64,000 bases of DNA from Octopus vulgaris (GCA_951406725.2 OX597828.1:16430001-16494000); one strand, 5' to 3'; shown: positions 1 to 13,766, numbered from the stretch's first letter. The notes: generated by a model not told the origin, from the sequence alone. A program made the numbers and translations.

Positions 1-175
1 AGGGACATGCTCAACTGGTTAAGGTCAAACAACTGACAAGCAAATCTGTGGTATTGAGCAGAATATTTGCTGTAGCCCATCTTTTATACCAAGACAAAAC
101 AATGTACATGATAACACTTCCAATCAGTTAAGATCAGAAGCCATGAGAGCCACTGCCTGGTACTGCATCATGGTA
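1..175 (-). mobile_element. Fragment of a (TAA)n-associated interspersed repeat, same family as 47201-47607; possibly R4/Dong-related
   Basis: Bases 1-27 are nearly the reverse complement of gaccttaaatagttgagcatgtccct at 47201-47226. The fragment abuts a (TTA)n tract at ~177-243. The R4/Dong assignment is inferred from the target preference only. Confidence 0.5.
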
Positions 176-244
<69 letters not shown>

Positions 245-289
245 TGTTAGTTTTGTTTCATTTTGAAAAAAAAAAAAATTGAATGCTTG

Positions 290-555
290 TGTGAGACCAT
301 CAGTCGCCCATGTATACCAGTCTGTTCTTTCCACGCCACCGATGATGTCTAAGGAAAAGAGGCAAAGGGGCCGATACAGCTTGGCACCAGTGACGTCGCA
401 AATCGTTTCTACAGATGAGTGGACTGGAGCAACGTGAAATAAAGTGTCTTGCTCAAGAACACAACACACAGTCCGATCTGGGAATCGAACTTAAAAGTTC
501 ACGATTGTAAGCCGGAAACTAGATGTTCCAAGCACTGAGCCATGCGCCTTCACAC
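290..555 (-). mobile_element. tRNA-derived SINE, family D-like (diverged)
   Basis: Shares gagtggactggagcaacgtgaaat..aagtgt..tgct.aagaacacaac and ggaatcgaac (B-box on minus strand) with the copy at 40300-40558. Confidence 0.7.
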
Positions 556-589
556 ACACGCACGCGCGCACGCTTACACACGCATACAG

Positions 590-654
590 AGAGATAAAGA
601 GTGAGAGAGAAAGAGAGAAGTATTGAGTGAAGGAAAAAGAAAGAGAGGAGTAAA

Positions 655-685
<31 letters not shown>

Positions 686-1434
686 GAGGTATGTAAGTGT
701 GTAGAGAATGGAGAGGAAGAAAAACAGAGCGGGTGAAGAGATAGAGAGATAGAGAGAAACTGTAAGAGAGTAGCAAGGGGAGAAGGCGGAGAGAAAAGCG
801 TGAGAGAAGATAGAGAGAATAAATAAGAGAGTAGTGAAGCGAGTGAGAGGAGAGAGAGAGAGATAGGGAGGGGGAGAGGGGGAGAGGGAGTAAGAAAGGG
901 AGAGAGGGAGAAAGAGAGAGAGAGAGAGAGAGAGTGAAACATTCAGAAAGAGTGATAAGAGTGAGAGAGGGGGTGGATTTGAATATTTGTCAGTTAAGGT
1001 AAGACAAGGGACAGAAGAAATGGATGCAAAGATTGGCAGGAATAAGGATACAAGAACGGCAGCTGCAGCACCTGCAGCAGCAGTATGTAGGGTAGTAGCA
1101 GTAGTAGTAGTAGTAGTGATTGTGGTAGAACAGTAGTAGTAGCAGCAGCAGCTGTACTAGTAGTAGTAGTAGTAGCGGAGCAAAGTATGAAGGGTGAATC
1201 GGGTGTACGTTTTTGTTAGAGAAATCCGATGAGAAATGAAGATTTTTCTTCCGAGAGAGAGAAGGAGAAATTAGAAGAAAAGAGAGTAAATGGAGGGAGA
1301 GAGAGAGGGAGAGGGAGAGAGAGGGAGAGAGGGAGAGAGGGAGAGAGGGAGAGAGGGAGAGAGAGAGAGTGAGAGCGAGAGAAAGAGAAAGACAAAGAGA
1401 GAATGTGTGTATTTGTGTGTCAGCGAGAAAAACG

Positions 1435-1486
<52 letters not shown>

Positions 1487-1659
1487 AGAGAGCGAGAGAA
1501 AGAGAAAGACAAAGAGAGCTTGTGTGTATTTGTGTGTCAGCGAGAAAAACAGCGTGAAAGAGTGAAAGGGAAAAACAGCGTGAAAGAGTGAAAGGGAAAA
1601 ACAGCCGGAAAGAGAGAGAGTGCATCTGTGTTTATGCGTGTGTGTTTATGCGTGTGTGT

Positions 1660-1716
<57 letters not shown>

Positions 1717-2041
1717 GAATCGACGAAAGATATTTGCTAAGATTGAGAGATATCCTCTCGCACACACACACACACATATATATATTATACATGTATATAT
1801 GAGTGTGTGTGTGCGTGTATGTGTATTCATGTGTGTGTGTGTGTGTGTCTATGTGAATATCTGAGTGTGTACGCACACACATCTACATACACTCATATAA
1901 GTGCATACTAATGCAGTGCAATTTAAAACTGAAACTGCGCGATAAATAACCCGTATTTTTATATGTATCTTCGCAGACATACGCATACACAAACATGTCT
2001 ATCAATCTTTCTCTCTCTTTTCTCTTTCTCTGTCTGTCTGC

Positions 2042-2073
<32 letters not shown>

Positions 2074-2074
2074 G

Positions 2075-2105
<31 letters not shown>

Positions 2106-2113
2106 CTACTGTG

Positions 2114-2184
<71 letters not shown>

Positions 2185-2336
2185 ATCTCTACCTACCTAC
2201 CTACCTACCTACCTACCTACCTACCTACCTACCTACCTACCTACATTCCTACCTACCTACCTATCTCTATCTAGCTATCTACCTACATACCTATGTATGT
2301 ATGTACGTACGTACGTACCCATGTATGTATGTATGC

Positions 2337-2398
<62 letters not shown>

Positions 2399-2487
2399 TT
2401 ATCTCTATCCCGCTGTCAGTCTATGTCTCTCTATCTCTCTCTCTTTCTGTATTTATATATATATAGACAGATAGCTAGCTAGCTAGC

Positions 2488-2575
<88 letters not shown>

Positions 2576-2640
2576 GAGTGTGAGAGAGGGAGAGCGAGAG
2601 GGGAAAAGAGAGATAGGGTGAGAAAGACAGAGAGGCAGAG
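590..2640. repeat. Compound microsatellite field: (GA)n, (AGT/AGC)n, (TCTA)n, (CCTA)n, (TAGA)n, with short local duplications
   Basis: Directly visible. A ~65-bp block (gagcgagagaaagagaaagacaaagagag..tgtgtcagcgagaaaaac) occurs at ~1371 and ~1490. Confidence 0.95.
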
Positions 2641-2789
2641 AGGGTGAAGAGGACAGCCAGACAACCAGACAGTCTGACTGAAGGAATGGAAGATAAACAG
2701 CGTTAATTAGGATTGTTAATTCGGATGCTTATTTGAGCGAGTTGTGAGTGTATGGCATGGCTTTTGAAATCAAAAGTGGGGTGAGTGAA

Positions 2790-3780
2790 CTAGAAAATAA
2801 GGTGATTGAGTGAGGTGAGAGAGAGAGAGAGGGGGGCGAGGGAGAGAGAGAGGGAGAATGAAAGAAGGAAAGAGAGTTGGTGTGAGTGAGATGTGTTTGA
2901 GTGAATGAGTTGAGCGAATGAGTGAGTGAGGTAAGTGGAAGGGGTGCATGAGTGACGATAGCGAACGGAGTGAGGTGAATGATTTTAGAGAATGAATGAG
3001 TTACTGAGTAGGATGCGAGGATTGGTGAAGTGAGTGAAGTGTGAATGAATGAGTGCGAATGGAGTGACGCAAATGATTTCAGTGGATGAGAATGAGTTAC
3101 TGGGTAGGATGTATTGGTGGATAGAGTGAGTGAAATGTGAATGAATGAGTAAGTTATTGAATGAGTGAGAGGAGTGAGTCATTGAATAAGTGAAATGAGA
3201 AAGTGAAAGGAATGAGTGAGGTCAATCAAAGTGTCAGTGAATTGAGAGAGAGACGATTCAGTAAGTCACGTGAAGTGTGTGAATGAATGAGTGATTGAGC
3301 GAATAAAGGAGTTCAGTGAGTGACTGAGTGAAAGAGTGGATGAGTAGGGTGATTATATGAGTGAGGTGAACGAATGAAATGAGTGAGCGAAGTAAGAAAG
3401 AAGAGTGAGTGAATTATGGAGTAGAATAAATGAGTGAGTGCGAGTGAAGCGTATCGAATAAGAGGATTGAATGAATGAGTGAGGTGAGGTATATGAGTGA
3501 ATGAGGTTGATGAATGACTGACTGACTAAATGAACGAGTAAGATGAATGAATAATGATTTAGTGAAGAAGAGAGTGACTAAACGTGGCGAATGAATGAGA
3601 GGAGTGAGTGCAGTGATGGAGATGAATGAGTGGCATGAGTGAATGAGTGAGAGTGGCGATTGAGTGGACTGAATGAGTGACATAAGGTAAGTGTGTGAGA
3701 GAATGAGTGAGTGACTGAATGAGTGAGATGAGTGAGAAAGTGTAGTGGGTGACTGAGTGAATATTTATATATATGTGAGA
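2790..3780. repeat. Degenerate (GAGT/GAAT)n low-complexity tract
   Basis: About 1 kb of cryptic gagt/gaat tetramers. Confidence 0.85.
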
Positions 3781-3797
3781 TGCTAATGTAAAAAGCA

Positions 3798-4190
3798 CGA
3801 GAAAATTCATGGACTGGTCTTGGAGGAGCGTCACCGAACAATTTTACGAACTTGTTGATATGACTGGTGTGTCTTGGAGATCCTGCCAACGAATTTGAAG
3901 CAATGAATTGCGAATAAAGAGACTTGCAGCAAAATTTGTGCCTCACTTGCTTACGGAAGATCAAAAGTAGTCACGACATGAATGTGTGTTGTGAACTGAA
4001 ACAGCGGTTGGAAGTTGATTCGGGTCTTATTTTTTTTTCTGAAGATCATCACTGGTGACGAAAGATGTGGAAGAGGTGAAGAAAAAAAATGACAGAGGCA
4101 TTAAAAGGCATCACTTCGCAAGAGTTCCAGCACTGCTTCGAACAGTAGAAAACGCATCTGGACCGACGCGTTGCTTTAAATGGAGAATAC
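3798..4190 (+). pseudogene. Internally deleted mariner transposase relic
   Basis: Encodes AKFVPHLL (WVPHEL-type motif), IITGDE (first catalytic D region) and a C-terminal QHCFEQ..GEY stretch, with frameshifts and stops. Paralogous to 6255-7037. Confidence 0.8.
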
Positions 4191-4949
4191 AGAGCTGATC
4201 TGATGATAATTATCAACACCAACTATGTATGACTAGTCAACGGTCGCATACTAAGCTGCTTATTGGTCCCAACCAAACGGGAAATGTAACCGCTTCCTCT
4301 ATTCCAACTGTTGGTTGGCTAAATCTACATGTAAAATGTAAGCGGCATTTCAAACCACTCGTTAAATATTTTTGCAATCAGTACTAAATACGTATACTTT
4401 AATCATGTTTATGTGGTATATGATGTAATTATAAATATGAGTACAGAATAAAAGGACTATAATGATGAAATATCGCACGGATTATTTTTTTTTTATTTGT
4501 TCATAGGATTTACCTTCGTTTCCAGAAAAGCTAGAAAACGTGTTTGGTGATAATTGGAGCTATCTCCAAATGGGAAGGGAGGATAATTTCAAGAAATGAG
4601 AATTCTTCCAGTCAGGCATACTATTAAAGAATAGACAGTCTGATTGTCTGGCTACAAGTGGACTTGTTTACACCTCTTAAAGCGTCATCAGTACAGCTGT
4701 TGCTCTACCTTTTGTGTAGCACTCTGAGCGATTTAAACATAAAAGACTGCAAATCAGATTTGTGGTCTTGGTAACTAACACAAACGCAACAAAGTGTTGC
4801 CAAGTGAAATAGCTTGGAGTGGTCAGTAGCACGTATCTGGAAATCAAATATGGCTATAAGCATAAAAAAGAACATGCACCATAAATTTTTGAGGCAATGA
4901 AATTGAAGAGAAGGTAAAACAATCACTTGGTTGCAACGGGGACAAACAC

Positions 4950-5123
4950 ACACACACATGTATGTATGCACTGGGTTTCGTTCATTTTCCACTCACAAGG
5001 CTTTGGTCGGCCTGAGGTTATAGTCGGAGACACTTACTCATGGTGGCACGACGCAGTGGGACTGAATCGGGAACCCTATAGTTGGGAAGCAAACTGCCAA
5101 CCAAAAGTCAGGCCAACGCCAAT

Positions 5124-5127
<4 letters not shown>
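4950..5127 (-). mobile_element. SINE family A, 5' part
   Basis: ccactcacaaggctttggtcggcc..gcagtgggactgaa matches the head of the full copies (e.g. 35771). Confidence 0.75.
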
Positions 5128-5178
<51 letters not shown>

Positions 5179-5297
5179 TGTGTGTGTGCATGTGTACTGT
5201 GTGTGTAAATTAAGATTTGAAACAGAAACAACGAAAGGACGTACATAGAGAATGTATTAGGTTGACGCTCAGTTTAAGACGGAAGAAAGAAAGAGTT

Positions 5298-5324
5298 GAC
5301 GTTTCGTACCTGGCACTTCCTCAG
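5298..5324 (-). ncRNA. Minimal type I hammerhead ribozyme motif (Penelope pLTR-like)
   Basis: Minus strand reads tt-CTGAGGA-a-gtgc-cag-gtac-GAAA-c-GTC-aa: intact core, 4-bp stem II, palindromic ACGT stem III, GUC site. Confidence 0.65.
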
Positions 5325-5388
5325 AATGAGGAGAGGAGAAAGATCCCGAGTGAAGGAAAATAACAATCCGAGAAAAACACGTGTGTTG

Positions 5389-5629
5389 TTTCTTATTTCT
5401 TTATTGTCCACAAGGGGCTAAACATAGAGGGGACAAACAAGGGCAGAGAAAGGAATGAAGTCGATTACATCAACCCCAGTGTGTAACTGGTACTTCATTT
5501 ATCGACCCCGAAAAGATGAAAGGCAAAGTCGACCTCGGCGGAATTTGAACTCAGAACGTAACGGCAGACGAAATACCGCAAAGCATTTTGCCCGGTGTGC
5601 TAACGTTTTCTACCAGCTGGCCGCCCTCT
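5389..5629 (-). mobile_element. SINE family B with 12-bp TSD
   Basis: Full head-to-tail copy flanked by acacgtgtgttg at 5377-5388 and 5630-5641. Confidence 0.9.
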
Positions 5630-5735
5630 ACACGTGTGTTGCTTCATAGCTCTAGTCACTTCAGCCATGTAATCACACACGTGCTTTTCTCAAAATATTC
5701 TTCTCCTTCCCTCCTGACCTTTCTTCTTTTAATTT

Positions 5736-5762
5736 CTGATGAAGAGTAATGCAAGAAACGTC
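5736..5762 (+). ncRNA. Degenerate minimal hammerhead motif
   Basis: CTGATGA-agagtaatgcaa-GAAA-c-GTC; stem II is damaged. It lies in an inverted homolog of 5215-5388. Confidence 0.5.
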
Positions 5763-5967
5763 ACACTATCTCATTGTTTTTTTCATATTAAAGTGAGCGC
5801 CAACTTTTGCTGTTTTTGTTTTATTTTTGATTTGCTTATTATCGCACGCTCACACGTTTCTTCTACGTTATTCCGACGATAATTTGGAGTTCCTAATTCT
5901 TGGATTTCCTTATACGGGGTTAGCTTACCATTAGATTATGCTACAATCTTGAACACCCTCGAAATAC

Positions 5968-6185
5968 CTCTTTCTTTATTACCCACAATGGGTTAAACAC
6001 AGAGAGGACAAACAAGCGGATTAAGTCGATTATATCGACCCCAGTGCGTAACTGGTACTTATTTAATCGACCCCGAAAGGATGAAAGGCAAAGTCGACCT
6101 CGGCAGAATTTGAACCCAGAACGTAGCAGCAGACGAAATACCGCTAAGCATTTTGCTCGGCGAGCTTAACGTTTCTGCCAGCTCC
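5968..6185 (-). mobile_element. SINE family B
   Basis: Same body as 5389-5629, flanked by the direct repeat ccctcgaaatacctc (probable TSD). Confidence 0.9.
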
Positions 6186-6254
6186 CTCGAAATACCTCGT
6201 TATTTTATCTGTGTGTGTATATGTGGGCACATCTCTCTCTCTCTCTCTCTCTCT

Positions 6255-7037
6255 GCTAGAAGCCACTTGATGCAACGCTCAGGCATCAGTATGCCGACCG
6301 GCGTCTTCGAGTATAGTCATTCTGCCACAAGGTGTGTCTTTGTTTTGCAGTGTTTCTCCCCTGTTCGTCGATTTTTGCGACGGCTGGAACGAAGGAGCAG
6401 CGTGAGTCCATGAAATGCTGCTTTCTTCCAGGGAAAAACGGCGGCCAAAAGAGTTGTCATGATTCTGACAACTTACAAGAGGTCGCCAAGAAGTTTACGA
6501 GAGGTTTTCATGCTTTAGGAATGAAAACATTGAGAAAATTCATGAACTGATCTTGGAGGACCGTCACCGAACAATTGACGGACTTGTTCATATGATTGGT
6601 GTGTCCTGGAGATCCTGCCAACGAATTTGAAGCGATTAATTGCGAATAAAAAGAGTTGTAGTAAACTTTGTGCCTCACTTGCTTACGGAAGATCAAAAGT
6701 AGTTACGACTGAATGTGTGTTGTGAACTGAAACAGCGGTTGGAAGTTGAATCGGGTCTTATTTTTTTCATCACTTATTTTTTTTCATCACTGGTGACGGA
6801 AGCTGGTGCTACGGAATTTGCAGATGTGGAAGAGGTGAATAAAAAAATGACAGAGGCATTAAAAGGCATCACTTCGCAAGAGGTCCAGCACTGCTTCGAA
6901 CAGTGGAAAACATATCCAGACCGATGCATTCCTTCAAATGGAGAACACTTTGAAGGAGATGAAAGTTTAAACATGCAAAATTAAGCGAATTAATTAATAT
7001 AGCAACACTCCAGTTTCTTTGGGGTTACCCCCTCGTA
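6255..7037 (+). mobile_element. Deleted mariner element with right TIR
   Basis: N-terminal EQR..MKCCFLPGK, a VPHLL motif, C-terminal QHCFEQWKTYPDRCIPSNGEHFEGD, and a terminus ending ccccctcgta (typical mariner TACGAGGGG end). Confidence 0.85.
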
Positions 7038-7169
7038 TGGATGTGAATCTCTCTTTATACGTTAACATATATATGCGTGTGTGTGTGTGTGTGTGTGTGT
7101 CTGTGCTAGCGTACGCACATATACACTGACATATGTACATATATTTATGTATTCACGTGTTTTATATGA

Positions 7170-7205
<36 letters not shown>

Positions 7206-7899
7206 GAGATATTTAAAATGGAGATACGGGTGTTTACAATTATTTATTATTAACAAATTGGTCATCTTCCCTTCTTTCTTCTTACAGCCGTTTCAATTAA
7301 TTCTCAATAATATAAGAAACGACTATAAGAAGCGAAGATGACCAAATTGTTTATAATGAATAATTAACTTCCTTATCTCCATTTTCTGTTTTTCTTTTAA
7401 CAGGATACAAACTATATGCTTAATATATAACTATTGTTTTAAGGGAATTTCATTCCCCAACAAGACTAGGAATTGAACCAGTATTTCTTTGGATGCAACC
7501 ATCCCTTCATGGGGTTAACATATCCTCTAATAAAATTTATACACACACACACACACACACGTGTGTGTGTGTGTGTGTGTGTTTACTTTTGTGGGTGCAG
7601 GCATGTAATTGTGTATTGTTGAGTATTACGAGGTCAAAAATGTATGTGTACCTTTTTGTGTGCGTATGTGCCTTGCCGTCTAAGTGTGTGTGGGTGTGTG
7701 TGTGAGAAAGAGAGACAGAGAGAGAGAGAGCGAGCGCAGGAGAGAGAAAAGAAGAGAGTGAGAGAGGCAGAGAGAATCTGAGAAATTAAGGATGGTTAAG
7801 AGAATGGTGAATGAAACTAAAAATTAGGAAAGGAAAGGGGAAAGCAAATACAAAATGTGTGAGTGTGTGTATGTGTGTTTCCGTGTATGTGCGTGTGTG

Positions 7900-8231
7900 T
7901 CTACACAACCACACACACACATTCGCGTGCACACACAAACACAGACACAGACGCACACACACAAACACAGACACAGACGCATACACACTCACACACGCAC
8001 ACACACACACACACTCACACACACACACACACATTCACACACGCACACACACACTCACACACGCACACACACACTCACACACGCACGCACACACACACAC
8101 ACGCACACACACACACTCACACACACACTCACACACGCACACACACACACACACACGCACACACACTCACACGCGCACACACACTCACACACGCACACAC
8201 ACACACTTATACACGCACACACTCACACACG

Positions 8232-8292
<61 letters not shown>

Positions 8293-8312
8293 ACGCACAC
8301 ACACACACTCAC

Positions 8313-8368
<56 letters not shown>

Positions 8369-8443
8369 ACGCACACACTCACACACGCACACACACACAC
8401 TCACACACGCACACACACACACTCACACACGCACACACACACA
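7900..8443. repeat. Long variant (CA)n tract with recurrent cactca/cacgca interruptions
   Basis: Directly visible. Confidence 0.95.
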
Positions 8444-8951
8444 AGATTATATATGTAATGTAAGAGAGAATGATACAGAGATGGATATATTTAGATAAGA
8501 GGGGACAAATGGGAATGATAATATAATGGAGAACAGAGAAAAGAAGCGAAGGTTTGAAGAAGAATCTCAAAGCACAGATAGACAGAGAAAGAAAGAGCAT
8601 ATGAGAAAGAGAGATAGAGAGCATGACAGAAAGAGACTAAGACAGAGAGAGAGACAGAGAGAGAGACAGAGGGAGAGAGAGAGAAAGAGGTGACGACGAA
8701 GAATAAATATATATAGAAAATATAGGGGCGATAAAGGTTGATTTATTATTAGTAGTATCGCATCAGAAGACCCAGTTTCTATTGGGGCTGCACAACATTC
8801 TTAGCCAAAACATGTAGCATCGCATGCAGACGTTTTATTAAACTGCAGTTAGGGGTGAGGTCAGGTAAAAATTGACGTTCATGTTTTAGGGGCTATGTTG
8901 GGGATATGAAGACAATAACTACTCAAAGGAGCGCACCGTCGCAGCTGATAT

Positions 8952-8994
<43 letters not shown>

Positions 8995-9289
8995 CACAGA
9001 CACACACACGCACACACATATATACATATGTACATACGTACATGCATGCATGCATACATACATACATACATACATACACAGAGATACACTGTATGCATGT
9101 CTGTTTGTCTGTGCATGCGCGCGCGCGTGTGTGTGTGTACACGTGTGTGTGTATGTGTGTGTGTGTGTGCGAATAAGATAAAGTTTGTGAGACCAAGATG
9201 TGACAGAAAGACAGGCCGATGCAAAGATGGAGAGAGAAAGACAGGCCGATGCAAAGATGGAGAGAGAAAGAATGAAAGAAGACGGAGAA

Positions 9290-9290
9290 T

Positions 9291-9382
<92 letters not shown>

Positions 9383-9690
9383 AGAAGTTGAAGAAGAAGA
9401 AGTTGAAGAAGAAGAAGTTGAAGAAGAAGAAGTTGAAGAAGAAGAAGAAGAAGATGAAGAAGGTGAAGAAGAAGAAGTTGAAGAAGAAGAAGAAGATGAA
9501 GAAGGTGAAGAAGAAGAAGAAGATGAAGAAGAAGAAGAAGAAGAAGTTGAAGAAGTTGAAGTTGAAGAAGAAGAAATTGAAGAAGAAGAAGTTGAAGAAG
9601 AAGAAGAAGAAGATGAAGAAGATGAAGAAGAAGGAGAAGAAGAAGAAGATGAAGAAGATGAAGAAGAAGGAATGGATGGAGGAGGAGGAC
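9290..9690. repeat. (GAA)n tract with GTT/GAT/GAG variants
   Basis: About 400 bp of polypurine sequence, preceded by a 30-bp tandem duplication (agaaagacaggccgatgcaaagatggagag x2 at ~9205-9270). Confidence 0.95.
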
Positions 9691-9729
9691 GGAAATAATA
9701 TTAATAATAACCCTTTCTGATATAGATAG

Positions 9730-9889
9730 TACATCGACCCCAGTACTTGACTGGTACTTTACTTTATCGACCTCGAAATGATGAAAGGCAAAGTCGACCT
9801 CGGCGAAATTTGAACTCAGAACGTAGCCGCAGACGAAATACGGCTACGCATTTTGCCCGGCGTGCTAACGACTCTGCCAGCTCGCCGCC

Positions 9890-9941
<52 letters not shown>

Positions 9942-10152
9942 CCTTTCTACTATAGGCACAAGACCTGAAATTTGGGGAGGCGGGATAGTCGATTACATCG
10001 ACTCCAGTGTTTCCCTGGTACTTAATTTATTGACCCCGAAAGGATGAAAGGTAAAGTCGACCTCAGCGGAATTTGAACTCAGAACGTAGCGTCGGGCGAA
10101 ATACTGCAGAGAACTTCTTCCAGCGTGCTAACTATTCTGCCAGCTTGCCGCC
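9730..10152 (-). mobile_element. Two SINE family B copies separated by (AAT)n
   Basis: gatgaaaggcaaagtcgacctc..gaatttgaactcagaacgtagc occurs twice. Confidence 0.85.
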
Positions 10153-10156
10153 TTTA

Positions 10157-10200
<44 letters not shown>

Positions 10201-10274
10201 TAATAATAATAATAATAATAATGATAATAATATTAATAATAATAATAATAATAATGATGATGATGATGATGATG

Positions 10275-10372
<98 letters not shown>

Positions 10373-11124
10373 AAGACAAAGAAGAAGAAGACGAAGTAGA
10401 AAGAAGAAAGGGTGAGTTAAAGATGCGTGGACAAGGGGAATTAGAGAGAAAGAGAGACAGAGAGAAAGCAGCATAGCGAGTATAGAAAAGGTGCAATTTA
10501 ATGGACGAGATAGAAAGAAGGTAGGAACTTCGAAAAATGAAATGAACGAATAAGAGAATGAATATACAAACACACATACAAACAAATGGATAAATAAATA
10601 AGTGAATAAATGGTGATGATGGAAACCGAAAGTAGAAGTTTATGAATTGTAGAGGAATAACATTGTAAGACATGCAGCGAGAAATATGACAATGAAAATG
10701 TATAATGATTTAGTACGAAGGAAGTATAGGAGTTGGTAGATAGAACTGTGTAGGGAAGAGGAAGCGAGTGAGAGAGAGAAAGAGGGAGAGAGAGAGAGAG
10801 GGAGAGGGGGAAAGGGAGAGAGAGAGAGAGAGAGAAGAAGGTAAAAGTGTGAGGGAGAGTGGGGAAAAGGGTTGTCGTGGGAGTAAGAAAGCAGAAAGAG
10901 AGGTTGCGCTAGACACTGTATCAAACGTACTATGTCGACTCTCTGCACCGCTTTCAAAATCTGAGGTTTAGTCCCGGAGAGACAAATATTGTATTACACA
11001 CATACACACACACACACACACACGCACGCACGCACACACACGCATACACACACACACACGCACGCACACACATACACACACACAACACGCACACACGTAT
11101 ATGTGCATTTATATATGTCTATAT

Positions 11125-11304
11125 TACTCTTTTACTCGTTTCAGTCATTTGACTGTGGCCATGCTGGAGCACCACCTTTAATCGAGCAAATCGACTAGTA
11201 CTTATTCTATCGGTCTCTTTTGCCGAACCGCTAAGTTACGGGGGACGTAGACACACAACCATCGGTTGTCAAGCGATGTTAGGGGGACAAACACAGACAC
11301 CCAA

Positions 11305-11336
<32 letters not shown>

Positions 11337-11830
11337 ACACATATGTATGTTTGTGTGTTTGTGTTTGTCCCCCCAACATCGCTTGAGAACTGATGCTGGT
11401 GTGTCTACGTCCCCGTAACTTATATATATATATATACACATATATATACGACAGGTTTCTTTCAGTTTCCGTCTACCAAATCCTACCACAAGGCTTTGGT
11501 CGGTCCGAAATTATAGTAGAAGACACATGCCTAAGCTGCCACGCAGTAGGACTGAGCCCAGAGCCATGTGGTTGGTATGTAGCCACTCCTACGCCCATAT
11601 ATACAAATTTTCTTTTTTTTCTTTTATTTTTTCAGTCATTTGACTGCGGCCATGCTGGAGCAACGCCTTGAAACGTTTTAGTCGAACAAATCGGTATCCA
11701 GGACTATTCTTCTAAAGCCTGCTACTTATTCAATCGGTTCCTTTTTGCCGAACCGCTAGATACGGGAGCGTGAACGCACCAACACCGGTTGACTTGCAGT
11801 GGAGGGGAATAACCACAAGACACGCATTGT
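11125..11830 (-). mobile_element. SINE family A copies (one with an internal duplication, one 3' part)
   Basis: Tail ttcagtcatttgactg.ggccatgctggagca and head motifs match the family consensus seen elsewhere in the window. Confidence 0.85.
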
Positions 11831-11877
11831 GCGCGCGTGTGTGTGTGAGTGTGTTTATATGTATATATATATATATC

Positions 11878-12200
11878 GTTGTGGCACTCCGTCGGTTACG
11901 ACGACGAGGGTTCCAGTTGATACGATCAACGCAACAGACTGCTTGTGAAATTAACGTGCAAGTGGCTGAGCACTCCACAGACACGTGTACCCTTAACGTA
12001 GTTCTCGGGGAGATTCAGCGTGACATGGACTGTGTCAAGGTTGGCCCTTTGAAATACAGGTATAATAGAAACAGGAAGAAAGAGTGAAAGAGAGTTGTGG
12101 TAAAAGAATAGAGCAGGGTTCGACACCAACCCCTGCCGGAGATACGTGGAGCTTTAGGTGTTTTCGCTCAATTAACACTCTCAATGCCTGGTCTGGGAAT
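11878..12200 (-). mobile_element. SINE family C
   Basis: Reverse complement of the 38211-38595 body (gcactccgtcggttacgacgacgagggttcc...). Confidence 0.9.
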
Positions 12201-13210
12201 GTATATATATAACTGCTTATTTAGTCCAACGCAATCCAGAGTAACCCAGAGTCATAACAGAAAATAAAAAATTCCTCTGCCCTGATTCATCGTATGTAGC
12301 GAAAATCTATGACAAGCTTTGGAGTGAATCTTCGATTCTAGTACATAAACTCTGCTAATGTGCTTAGTAATCTTTTCCAATGTTTCTTGTGAATTTCGAT
12401 ATTAAAGAGTCAAGAACAGGAAGAAAATTCTCTGCATGTGAAGGCAAACAAAATTGGTCCCTTCATTGTCATTGTAATTGCAGTCGTGCAACAAATAAGA
12501 TAGGATAGACAGAGACTGAGTTTCTCTTCGAGAGAGTCGTCACATGATTTTAAAATGCTTTTAGACGCTTGTGTCTTATATAACTGTGTTGCTGAGACCA
12601 TCCTTGTCTTTCGATTCCCAAATGTACTTTGAAAGTGTGGTGTTTATCCTGATGGTGATGGGAAACCAAATTATTTTCTGGCAAGAGCAAGTATTTAAAG
12701 TGACTACTTTGAACCTTATGTTGCTTCTAGTGGTGGTGGTGGAGGACGTCGTGCAACAAATATCTTCATAGATAGACAGAACTGAGTACGTCATATATAT
12801 ATATATATATATATATAAGTATATATTTATACATAATAAAAATGGTGGCGAACGAATACGCTCCTATGAATATAAATATATACAAACTTTGCGGTACATA
12901 CGTGTGTGTGCGTATGAGTCTCTGTATGACATTGCGTACAAGATTCTGTGTATATTATAGCAAAGAGCAACAATGATTTACGGGAGTAGTAAACGCTTCT
13001 ACAACCCTAAATTCAGTGTTTTGCTAGTTCACCTTGACAAGATGATAATTAGCAGTAGAAGTGCTAATTCCAAAAGGTAATGTTTATATCCACCTTAATG
13101 TGGATTTTTATATCAATAAATATCGTTCATAATTCCACAGAGAGTCTCTCTGTGAGCACAAGGTGCATAGGATATATTATGTTATCTGTCTATCTATCTA
13201 TCTACACATG

Positions 13211-13283
<73 letters not shown>

Positions 13284-13284
13284 G

Positions 13285-13347
<63 letters not shown>

Positions 13348-13437
13348 GTCTATCTATGTATCTATCGGTCTTTCTACGTTGCTATCCATGTATCTATATG
13401 TTTGTGTGTGAATACACACATACGCACACACATATTT

Positions 13438-13504
<67 letters not shown>

Positions 13505-13728
13505 CATATATATATACACATATATATATACATATATACATAGACTAAACACACATATATATATATATATACAAACATATATATACACACACACATATAT
13601 ATGCATACATACATACACACACACATATATATATATACATATACTTATATATGTTTATATATATTTATGTTTATGTTTATGCTTTCCAGTTTCAGCTCTT
13701 GAGCTGTGGCCATGCTGGGGCGTGTGTA

Positions 13729-13766
<38 letters not shown>

